The translations under genes and the position numbers were made by a program. The notes beneath the pieces were generated by a model, which saw only the letters and a program-made list of their open reading frames with translations, was not told the DNA's origin and made no database searches. A stretch of 64,000 bases of DNA from Candidatus Cloacimonadales bacterium (lineage in GTDB: Bacteria; Cloacimonadota; Cloacimonadia; Cloacimonadales; DAONDQ01): NCBI GenBank assembly GCA_963662275.1, contig OY759316.1, forward strand, positions 3,264,001 to 3,328,000, read 5' to 3'. Of this stretch, positions 7,441 through 16,293 are shown in pieces. The stretch's first letter is position 1. Every line of letters starts with the position of its first letter.

Positions 7441-9888
7441 CTATCTCACCAGCATCATTTTCTTCATATCTGTATAGTCTTTCGTTACCATACGATAGAA
7501 GTAAATTCCGCTAGCTACGGCTTTACCATTGGCATCCGTGCCATCCCAATTGGCTGTATAGGAACCGGCTGCCTTATTATTATCTATATAACTCCGAATA
7601 AGCTGACCTTTTACGTTATAGATATCAATCCTGACATCCTGCGCATCTTTCAAATCATACCGAAGAGATGTGCTTTCCTTGAATGGATTGGGATATGCAT
7701 TCAAGAGACATGTGAAGGCAGGAATAACCGAAGGAGTATCAGGATTAGAGCCGGCAGATGCCATCAGTGGACCGAAGTATTCGGTGGAACCACTCTGGGA
7801 GACGCTTTCCAGCCAGAAGTAATAAGGACTGTCCATCGCTTCATCCTGGTAAGCGAAGTTATAGGTGGTTTGCGTACCTGCACTGACACCATTGGATATG
7901 AGTGAAGTATTCAATTTTGTGGCAGAGCTTAAGTTGTTCATAGCTGAGCGCAGGACGTTAAAGCCCATGTGATTCGTTTCAGATTGGGTGATCCACTGCA
8001 GGCTGACATAATAGGATGAAGTTACCGCTGCTGTGAAGGAAGACAGTTCTACAGGCAACTCTACCTCTGCCCTATTATTGAAGACAACTTCAAAATCACC
8101 ATTCGCTTTGACAGCAGGGACTGTGAATGTGCATTGTGTATTCGTCCAGGTTCCGTCATTCGGATTGAATATTGTTGTAAATCCATTGGGAATGAAGCGA
8201 TAGGAGATTGAGCCGGGAGTAAAGCCCAGATTATGGGTAAAGGTAATAACTGCTCCGGAAAGAGAGCCGGAAGAAACATTGAGAACCAATGAAAGCCCTG
8301 AATTATTCAATAACGGATCAGGAGTTGTCCAGTACAGAGTGGCATTCACGGTCGGATCACCGGTTATATTAGTGATATGCAGATCGGTATCCAGCTCAAG
8401 ACCGGTGGTTGTATCATAGATAGGAGATGGATTCAGATCAACAACACCGCCGTTTGCATCTCCGGAAGAAGTCACTTTATCGTCACCATTCATCGTAATA
8501 CGGAAGTTATCGATATAAACATCTACTGTAGTTTCGAAGAAGTACATAAAGATATAATTATCAGATACAGATGGTGTAAAAACATATCTGCTAAGTGCGT
8601 AATCTGTATTGGTGACCATCGTGTGAAAACCACCACACAAACCTCGATTTCCAGTATCAAAACCATTATATCTAAGAATAAATACCTCGTCTGATGGGGG
8701 CATTGGCTGAGAGACACGGTAATTGTATTTGATTTCATATGTATTTCCTGCTATTAATCGAAACACGGGGCTCAGGATAATATTGTAACTATTATTGTAA
8801 TCTATGTCACCAGCCATCTTCATAGCATAGTTAGCCTCGCCATCGGGACAACGAAGACCCAAATGCATACCTGCTCTGTTGGGACTTTTCTGTGACACAG
8901 TAAAGATATTTTCAAGGGTTTCAGTATCCAAACCTCCTGCTGCTTTCTTTCCAGCAATATAAGATAGATTGTTCCATGTTAAATCCTCTACTTCGAAGTC
9001 TGCAAGATATGGGAAATCAACTATTTCATTTGTGAGTAATAAACCTCGTGTTCTGAATTTATAGACTTGGGAATTGACAGAATGTCCTAAATTATCCTCA
9101 AAATTGACATACCAGTAATAGGTTGTTTCATTTGCCAAAGGTTCTGCAGGAACAAACTGAGCATTAGTCCCATGATAGAGTAAACTGTAATTCAAGCTAT
9201 CTGTGCTGATATACACTGAAGAAGTGTATGACAAATTATAAAGATACCAGGAGAATTGTGTATCTATCTGAACATCTGTAGCGTTATTGCTCGGTGTAAT
9301 ATATAGTAACGGCGGACCTGCAGTGATACGGAAATTATCAAAATTTAAACTCGCTTGCTCAGTGCCACTCGCTACTCCTCCATAGTAGAAATATTTGGAT
9401 GAGCCACCCAAGAAACCAAGATTAATTGTACTCTCACTCCATCGATTTCCATTCCACTCACCATCAACTGCCAGATTCAATGTTTCGAGTTCCTGAGCCG
9501 TATAATAACCTGAGTTATCAGTACCCATCAATACTCGCAACCAAGTAGCATCATGGGTAAAATATGCATATCCGGAATAAGTAACTCGATAGAATTCTGA
9601 TCCTGCGGGGAAATCAACTCTTGGACTCGTCAGGTATGCAGTGTGATTTGCTGCTAAATTTACCCAGTTATTACCATCTGCAGCACCTGGTACAGAAGGA
9701 TTTGTTTGTTCAACAGAACCAAGTGAAAAAACATTACCAGATGGGGCAGTCCATCCAGCTGGTGGGAATGTTGGACCTTCGAAGCTTTCCTGATAAGGGA
9801 AGGTATTGACTACCGGTTCGACAGCAAAAAGCTGACTTAGGATGCCACAGGTAAAAATCAAAATGATTAGAAAGATAATCTGTTTCAT
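7441..9888 (-). CDS. Secreted multidomain surface protein (adhesin-like beta-sandwiches, FN3-like, LPVELSSF linker, FlgD-Ig/Por-type CTD), paralogue B
   Basis: Signal peptide after AGGAG RBS; FPYQESFEG.TFPPAGW; ETTYYW; AYPNPF...IYNVKGQLIR...WDG...SGIYFYR. Confidence 0.85.
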   Translation of the reverse strand: MKQIIFLIILIFTCGILSQLFAVEPVVNTFPYQESFEGPTFPPAGWTAPSGNVFSLGSVEQTNPSVPGAADGNNWVNLAANHTAYLTSPRVDFPAGSEFYRVTYSGYAYFTHDATWLRVLMGTDNSGYYTAQELETLNLAVDGEWNGNRWSESTINLGFLGGSSKYFYYGGVASGTEQASLNFDNFRITAGPPLLYITPSNNATDVQIDTQFSWYLYNLSYTSSVYISTDSLNYSLLYHGTNAQFVPAEPLANETTYYWYVNFEDNLGHSVNSQVYKFRTRGLLLTNEIVDFPYLADFEVEDLTWNNLSYIAGKKAAGGLDTETLENIFTVSQKSPNRAGMHLGLRCPDGEANYAMKMAGDIDYNNSYNIILSPVFRLIAGNTYEIKYNYRVSQPMPPSDEVFILRYNGFDTGNRGLCGGFHTMVTNTDYALSRYVFTPSVSDNYIFMYFFETTVDVYIDNFRITMNGDDKVTSSGDANGGVVDLNPSPIYDTTTGLELDTDLHITNITGDPTVNATLYWTTPDPLLNNSGLSLVLNVSSGSLSGAVITFTHNLGFTPGSISYRFIPNGFTTIFNPNDGTWTNTQCTFTVPAVKANGDFEVVFNNRAEVELPVELSSFTAAVTSSYYVSLQWITQSETNHMGFNVLRSAMNNLSSATKLNTSLISNGVSAGTQTTYNFAYQDEAMDSPYYFWLESVSQSGSTEYFGPLMASAGSNPDTPSVIPAFTCLLNAYPNPFKESTSLRYDLKDAQDVRIDIYNVKGQLIRSYIDNNKAAGSYTANWDGTDANGKAVASGIYFYRMVTKDYTDMKKMMLVR

Positions 9889-10068
9889 TTGTTTACTCCT
9901 TTTTTTGATATTCATTTTAATCTAGAGAAAAGAAGACCAGAACTAGCTCTCCCCTAAAATGTTCAACCCCCCTTAATCCCCCCTCGGGGAGGGGGGTAAA
10001 TGGGAGGGGAATCAGACAAGTCTTCTCTGCTCTGCAATTCTTAATTTTTAATTTTTAATTCTTAATTC

Positions 10069-12504
10069 CTATCTCACCAGCATCATCTTCTTCATATCAG
10101 TATAATCTTTAGTTACCATACGATAGAAGTAGATTCCACTGGCTAAGGCTTTGCCATTAGTATCTGTCCCGTCCCAGGTGGCTGTATAGGTACCGGCTGC
10201 CTTATTATTATCTATATAACTCCGAATAAGCTGACCTTTGACATTATAAATATCGATCCTGACATTCTGCGCATCCTTCAAATCGTAACGAAGAGATGTG
10301 CTTTCCTTGAAAGGATTGGGATATGCATTCAAGAGACATGTGAAGGCAGGAATAACAGAAGGTGTATCTGGATTTGAGCCGGCTGATGCCATCAGTGGAC
10401 CGAAGTATTCGGTGGAACCACTCTGGGATACACTTTCCAGCCAGAAGTAATAAGGACTGTCCATCGCTTCATCCTGGTAAGCAAAGTTATAGGTGGTTTG
10501 CGTACCTGCACTGACTCCATTGGAAATGAGTGATGTATTCAATTTTGTGGCTGAGCTTAAGTTGTTCATGGCTGAGCGCAGAACATTAAAACCCATATGA
10601 TTAGTTTCAGACTGCGTTACCCACTGCAGGCTGACATAATAGGATGAAGTTACCGCTGCTGTGAAGGAAGACAGTTCTACAGGCAACTCTACCTCTGCCC
10701 TATTATTGAAGACAACTTCAAAATCACCATTCGCTTTGACAGCAGGGACTGTGAATGTGCATTGTGTATTCGTCCAGGTTCCGTCATTCGGATTGAATAT
10801 TGTTGTAAATCCATTGGGAATGAAACGATAGGAGATTGAACCGGGTGTAAAGCCCAGGTTATGGGTAAAGGTGATGATCGCTCCTGAAAGAGAACCGGCA
10901 GAGACATTGAGTACCAATGAAAGCCCGGAGTTGTTCAATAACGGATCAGGAGTTGTCCAGTAAAGAGTGGCATTCACTGTCGGATCACCTGTAATATTGG
11001 TGATTTGCAGTTCGGTATCCAGCTCAAGACCGGTGGTTGAATCATAGATTGGAGCCGGATTCAGATCAACAACGCCACCGTTTGCATCTCCGGAAGCTGT
11101 CACTTTATCTTCACCATTCATCGAAATACGGAAGTTATCAATGTAAATATCAACAGATGAATAGTAATAAAAGAAAAAGAGATAATCATCCGTTCTAGTT
11201 GGAGTAATGATCACTCTCGAAAGTGCATAATCCGTATTCGTGATCATAAAATATGTATTCATCATCTCTTCGGTACTTCCAGGGGCTTGATAGAAAGCAA
11301 ATAAACCCCCACCCTCATTTCCCATAGGTTGGGAAACACGATAATTGAACTTAACTTCATACGTTGTACCTGCAACCAAGCGAACAAATGGAGAAAAGAG
11401 AATACCCAATACACCATTCTGCGCGGATGGCATCTTCATTGCATAATTAACTCCACCATCAAGACAACGTTCAGCATATTGCACCTGTTCTCTCGTTGAG
11501 CCCTTCTTAATACCGAATATTTTTTTTCCCAGAGCATCCATATCCTGAGCTTCTGGTATACTTTTCCCAACATTTAAGTTCGCTGTATTATTCCATGATA
11601 AGTCATCTACCTGGAAGTCATCCAAGTAAGGAAAGTCAACTATTTCGCCCGGCATGGGTGTGTTTCCTCTTGTTGTGAAAGAACATACAGGGGTATTGAC
11701 TGAGTGTCCCAAATTATCTTGAATCTGGACATACCAGTAATAGGTTGTTTCAATATTGAGAGGATTGTCAGGGGTATTCTGATTGCTTGTTCCAGTATAG
11801 AGTAAATTGTAATTCAAGCTATCAGTGCTTATATAGACTGAATAAGTATATGCCGAATTGGAAATGCCCCACCAAAATGCTGTAGTTGGACGAATATCAA
11901 CAGCATGATTAGCAGGTGTAACTTCGAGAACAGGAGGTCCGGCAGTTATCCGGAAATCATCAAAATTCAAATCTGCACCCCAAGCTTGACCACCTATAAA
12001 GAAATACTTTGCAGAACCATCCATAAAACCTAGATGATCTGTAAGCGTTCTCCAGCGACTTCCATTCCATTCAGCATCATTCCCCATATTCCATACATCA
12101 ACTTGCTCACTCGAATTAGGATTAGTATCAGATCCCATCCTTACTCTAAATATCATAGAGGAAGGTGAAAAACAATATCCAGAAATACTTAACTGATAGA
12201 ATTCAGATCCGGAAGGAAACTCAAATTTAGGACTGGTAATCAATCCATCGTTTCCAGCTGCCATATTTACCCAGTTATTGCCATCTATAGCACCTGGTAC
12301 GACAGGATTTGTTTGTTCAGCAGAGTTAAGTGAAAAAATGCCTGGAGCAAACATCGGGTTTACTGACCATCCCGCTGGCGGGAAGGTGCTGCCTTCAAAG
12401 CTTTCCTGATAAGGGAAAGTATTGATGGCAACTGCTTCAGCAAAAAGCTGGCTAAGGATGCAACAGGTGAAAGCTAAGATGACAAGAATGAGTATTTTTT
12501 TCAT
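10069..12504 (-). CDS. Secreted multidomain surface protein with FlgD-Ig/Por-type CTD, paralogue A
   Basis: Same architecture as 7441-9888; C-terminal ~355 aa nearly identical. Confidence 0.85.
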   Translation of the reverse strand: MKKILILVILAFTCCILSQLFAEAVAINTFPYQESFEGSTFPPAGWSVNPMFAPGIFSLNSAEQTNPVVPGAIDGNNWVNMAAGNDGLITSPKFEFPSGSEFYQLSISGYCFSPSSMIFRVRMGSDTNPNSSEQVDVWNMGNDAEWNGSRWRTLTDHLGFMDGSAKYFFIGGQAWGADLNFDDFRITAGPPVLEVTPANHAVDIRPTTAFWWGISNSAYTYSVYISTDSLNYNLLYTGTSNQNTPDNPLNIETTYYWYVQIQDNLGHSVNTPVCSFTTRGNTPMPGEIVDFPYLDDFQVDDLSWNNTANLNVGKSIPEAQDMDALGKKIFGIKKGSTREQVQYAERCLDGGVNYAMKMPSAQNGVLGILFSPFVRLVAGTTYEVKFNYRVSQPMGNEGGGLFAFYQAPGSTEEMMNTYFMITNTDYALSRVIITPTRTDDYLFFFYYYSSVDIYIDNFRISMNGEDKVTASGDANGGVVDLNPAPIYDSTTGLELDTELQITNITGDPTVNATLYWTTPDPLLNNSGLSLVLNVSAGSLSGAIITFTHNLGFTPGSISYRFIPNGFTTIFNPNDGTWTNTQCTFTVPAVKANGDFEVVFNNRAEVELPVELSSFTAAVTSSYYVSLQWVTQSETNHMGFNVLRSAMNNLSSATKLNTSLISNGVSAGTQTTYNFAYQDEAMDSPYYFWLESVSQSGSTEYFGPLMASAGSNPDTPSVIPAFTCLLNAYPNPFKESTSLRYDLKDAQNVRIDIYNVKGQLIRSYIDNNKAAGTYTATWDGTDTNGKALASGIYFYRMVTKDYTDMKKMMLVR

Positions 12505-12724
12505 GTTTTACTCCTTGTTTTGATTTTGATTATTCTTATTAAAACTTACTAATGATTCATAATCATGGAATTTATATGCCAAATAAATATTTATCAGTTT
12601 ATTGCGTAAGCCATTGCAGTTGTTAACTATAGAGTGGTTTGTCAAAATCGTGTTTTCCTGATTCTTTCAAAACATACTGAAATTCAGTGAAAGTGAAATT
12701 TCAGATGAAATTATTTGAGATAAA

Positions 12725-12830
12725 AAAACGGGCTAGTCGTTGTGAGTAGCCCATTAGTATTATTTTTCTTTTGGCACAGGGTTCAGAACGCACGGGGTGC
12801 GTTCTGCCACCTCACGGGGTGAGGCGTTCC
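12725..12830. repeat. 106-bp structured direct repeat, right copy
   Basis: Matches 7283-7388 with compensatory stem changes. Confidence 0.9.
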
Positions 12831-12862
12831 TCCCATTCTGCAATGCATTTGTTAATTCTCTT

Positions 12863-13360
12863 TCACCTTCCAACGGCAAGAGAGAGGGCAGTAGCCAGTT
12901 TCACCACGTTTTTATCAGTATTATCCAATCTACCGGACATCACAGTGGCAATATTCTTCATCACTAAAAAAGCCGTTTCCAAGTCATGTATCGCAATTTT
13001 ATCAAAGTCCTGCTTCGTCAGTTGCAGCATTTTGCACTTAGTAAGAGCTTGTACGTTAGCATTACGTGTACCATTTCCGACAAGACCGTTTTCACCGAAG
13101 AAAGGTAATATATCCGCTTTCAGAGTCGCTAATTTCTTATCTTCACTGCTATAGCCTTCAAAATCCATAATGAGTTTTTTAGTCACTTTCACAGTTCCTT
13201 CATAAAGAATGTATAGTGTATCTCCTGTTGTGTTCTCATGAACGATATAATCATTCTCGGCAAAAGAGATTTCCTTTAAAAAACCTGTGACCAGGATAAG
13301 CTGTTTTTCATTCAGTCCCTTAAACAATTGAACCTGGCTTAATTTGGATATATCATGCAT
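12863..13360 (-). CDS. Stand-alone cyclic-nucleotide-binding domain protein
   Basis: LFKGL, GDTLYILYEG.VKV, FFGENGL..NGTRNANVQA; no HTH visible; start at MHDISK assumed. Confidence 0.85.
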   Translation of the reverse strand: MHDISKLSQVQLFKGLNEKQLILVTGFLKEISFAENDYIVHENTTGDTLYILYEGTVKVTKKLIMDFEGYSSEDKKLATLKADILPFFGENGLVGNGTRNANVQALTKCKMLQLTKQDFDKIAIHDLETAFLVMKNIATVMSGRLDNTDKNVVKLATALSLAVGR

Positions 13361-13377
13361 CCTGAATTCCTTTTTTT

Positions 13378-14547
13378 TTAACAAATGATCAGAGCTTTAT
13401 CATTGGGGCGAATTATATAATCCTTCGGAGGATTAATCTGAATATTGCTTCTCATTTCAGGGGATAAGGAGTTAGATTTCTCCAGTGATAGCCGAATAAA
13501 ACTATCGATTCCTGATTCATCATCAGAAAAAATATCCTGTAATCCCAGTTTGGGCTGTTCCGTAAAGATTCCTATCATCAGTGATCCCTGGTGTTGATAC
13601 ATATATTCGAATAACTCAGCATAGGTTCTTTCGAAAAACATGGAAGGTATGACAACAGTCCTAATCATATTGTCTTTATTGCGAAGAAGGTTTTCAAAGA
13701 AATTCAGTGAATTTTTATCTAAAGCATTATTCGCTAATAGATAACCACCCATTTCTTCATAAATGAGAATATTTTCAATACCAAGCCTGAGCAGCAGATT
13801 CTTATTCGAACCGTTCATCAGTTGAACCGTCATGCGTTGATGTTCTCCTGCCAGGTAATGAACAGCATTCGCAACAATAACTACTCGGTCATCAGCTACT
13901 TGTTCATCCGCTTGTGTATCAGCAAGAATAAAAATATGATCAGCAGTCATCACATTGGCTCGGCGTAATACTTCTTCCTGGGTAGTTTCACCTCGAACGA
14001 ATTTGAGATTAATCTCCGGATATTTAGATTGCAGTGATTCATAAAAATCAACTGAATAATTACCAACCAGAACGACCGAAGTATCTTTTTTCAGACGATC
14101 TGATAACGCCTTCAGCATATTTCCGGCAACATTATTCCAACCGCAAATAACAATATGATGATTTTCAGTTATGTTCTTCAATCCTTTGGCTCCTTTCATG
14201 CGATCTTCCACAAAAACGGAAGCGATCAAACCGGCAAAAATCGGCATCACGCTCAATTCACAGAGTATTAAAATAATTGCTATCACACGACCAGCAGTTG
14301 TCGCTGGTGTCTTATCCCCATACCCCACAGTTCCGAAGGTGACAACCGCCCAATAAATTCCTTCAAATACAGAATGGATGATAGAACCACCCTCTCCATG
14401 ATGTTCAATAAAATATAAGGATACAGCAGAACTGATGATCAGTAGAAAAATAACGGAGATAAGAATGAACAATAAACGAATGAACCAGCGATATTCACTA
14501 TAACCGGTACTCCATATACTAATTAGATTCTTTAAGTTACTAAACAT
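13378..14547 (-). CDS. Two-TM potassium channel with RCK/TrkA-N domain
   Basis: YWAVVTFGTVGYGD selectivity filter; HHIVICGWN Rossmann motif. Confidence 0.92.
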   Translation of the reverse strand: MFSNLKNLISIWSTGYSEYRWFIRLLFILISVIFLLIISSAVSLYFIEHHGEGGSIIHSVFEGIYWAVVTFGTVGYGDKTPATTAGRVIAIILILCELSVMPIFAGLIASVFVEDRMKGAKGLKNITENHHIVICGWNNVAGNMLKALSDRLKKDTSVVLVGNYSVDFYESLQSKYPEINLKFVRGETTQEEVLRRANVMTADHIFILADTQADEQVADDRVVIVANAVHYLAGEHQRMTVQLMNGSNKNLLLRLGIENILIYEEMGGYLLANNALDKNSLNFFENLLRNKDNMIRTVVIPSMFFERTYAELFEYMYQHQGSLMIGIFTEQPKLGLQDIFSDDESGIDSFIRLSLEKSNSLSPEMRSNIQINPPKDYIIRPNDKALIIC

Positions 14548-14718
14548 TCGTTATTTAAACCTTCTGCTGTTTCTTTTAAAAGTGATTGGATATAAATTAA
14601 CTCCACCATTTAAGAAGTCAATGATTCATCGAGTGTGATAAGTAATAACTAATTTTATTTGTCAATGTACATTGTCTAAGATACTTGGTCAAGGTTTTTT
14701 GTAGATCAACTTTGGTAG

Positions 14719-14982
14719 CTACTGCTTCAGAAGTGGTAGAAACTCCTTCAGGGGATTTCCATACAGCCTAAAAGTGTAACCACCGATGGTTTTAACATAA
14801 TTTGGTAAATTGTTGTATTCGATAATGGTATTGTCGAATTCTTCCTGCATCAAACAGAAGCTTTGCATATCAGACAGCAAATACCTATAGGATGCTGATG
14901 CATATATCTGGATTGTTGTATGGGTTCTGGGGCAGGGGATGAAGACTTGAAAGAAATTAAGAATGAAGAACATATAAACCAC
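14719..14982 (-). pseudogene. Possible gene remnant or small hypothetical ORF; degraded homologue at ~3675-3790 (+)
   Basis: DNTIIEYNNLPNYVKTIGGY matches the frameshifted copy DNTIIEYNTLPMYVT..IGGY. Confidence 0.45.
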
Positions 14983-15375
14983 TTTGAAAACAAGGAAAAA
15001 AGTACCTCAACATAACCACAATACAACCAAAACACGACCGCCCATAGGAGCGGTTGTCCTGCGGTAGTGTAGCGGTGGTACTGCGGTGCTGCAGCGGTTG
15101 TTTTTAATGAGGCATTTCGACTCCGCTCAATGACCATCAATTCACTCGGAGAACTTAGCTTTCATCCTCGGTAGCGAAAACCTGTTTTCAGGGAAGTTCA
15201 AATTCGATATTTTCACAAGTATAACAAGAACGGAGACTTGCTCTACAGAGTATTGGAGAAAGAAGGCAGTAGTTAATAGGGTGTAGGAAGTAGAAAAGTA
15301 CACTATCAAAGCAGATTAAGAGAGGCGAAAAGAATTCGCCTCGCACGCCGATAAGAAATCGGCGTTCCTTCCTAC

Positions 15376-15422
15376 AAAAAAAACGGATGATCAGGAATCT
15401 TGTTCCTGTACCATCCGTTTTC
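15376..15422 (-). terminator. Intrinsic terminator downstream of the bat operon or of a candidate sRNA
   Basis: AAAACGGATG..CAGGAA-loop-TTCCTG..CATCCG followed by T8. Confidence 0.75.
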
Positions 15423-15531
15423 TCAACGTAAGAGGGGTCTAAAACCCTCGCACTATATCATCACCGCATCTCAGCGGAATTACAAACATAATATTCCATT
15501 AAGAGTGAAAAGCAAATAATTTCTGAATTCT

Positions 15532-16293
15532 CTAAGGATTAATTCGTACTGAGCTGGAAGCAGGGATCCAACCGCCTAAGCCATTCGGTAATTTGACTTG
15601 GCTCCAGGAATCTTCTTCCTTCTCAATCGAGAATATCATTCCTTCATGAATAGTGAAAACGCGAGTGAAATCACTGCCAGGTCCGCTATATCCAACTTCC
15701 GAAGGAATCACCAGTACCGCTGTTTTGTGGCTTGCATACTGATGATATTTCACAATTCCAATAATTGTGCTGAAAAGCAGGAAAGAAAGGAAAATGATCA
15801 GGATAAATACCGGCAGGTATCTTTCTTCACCAGAATGCCAAAACCAAATATAGTAGAGTGTACCAATGCTCATGATCAGGAAAAGGAGAACCATGATGGC
15901 AATCCGGTTCAGTGTGAGAATATTCATAAGATTAACGATCACATTTCCAATAAAACCACCCTGCGCCTGGTATTGCTGGTCACGTGTGAGAGAGAGGGCG
16001 AGCTGCAGGTTTCGCTGTGCTGAAGTATGAGCAGAATTGAACCGCAATGCCCTTTTGTAGTATAGTATGGAGGCTCCCAATTTCTGCAAACGATAATAGC
16101 AGTTACCCATATTGTAATAGAGGTCTGCATTTTGGATGCCTTGAGCTTCCATTTTACCGTAGAAAGTCAGAGCTTCAGAGAATTGTTTCTTTGTATAGGC
16201 AGCATTTGCCTGCTGAGCCAAGTTATTTTTGGTGGCACTGAAGAGCTGCAGAGATAGAATCAAGAGAAGAATGAGTAGAGATATCTTCCTCAT
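15532..16293 (-). CDS. batE: BatE-like TPR plus SH3b protein
   Basis: LYYNMGNCYYRL TPR, two TM segments, IHEG...WSQVKLPNGLGGWIP; last gene of the bat cluster. Confidence 0.85.
   Translation of the reverse strand: MRKISLLILLLILSLQLFSATKNNLAQQANAAYTKKQFSEALTFYGKMEAQGIQNADLYYNMGNCYYRLQKLGASILYYKRALRFNSAHTSAQRNLQLALSLTRDQQYQAQGGFIGNVIVNLMNILTLNRIAIMVLLFLIMSIGTLYYIWFWHSGEERYLPVFILIIFLSFLLFSTIIGIVKYHQYASHKTAVLVIPSEVGYSGPGSDFTRVFTIHEGMIFSIEKEEDSWSQVKLPNGLGGWIPASSSVRINP

Noticed and set aside
15460..15480. TPP riboswitch (GCTGAGA on the minus strand)
   Set aside because: The other TPP core motifs are absent and no thiamine gene follows.
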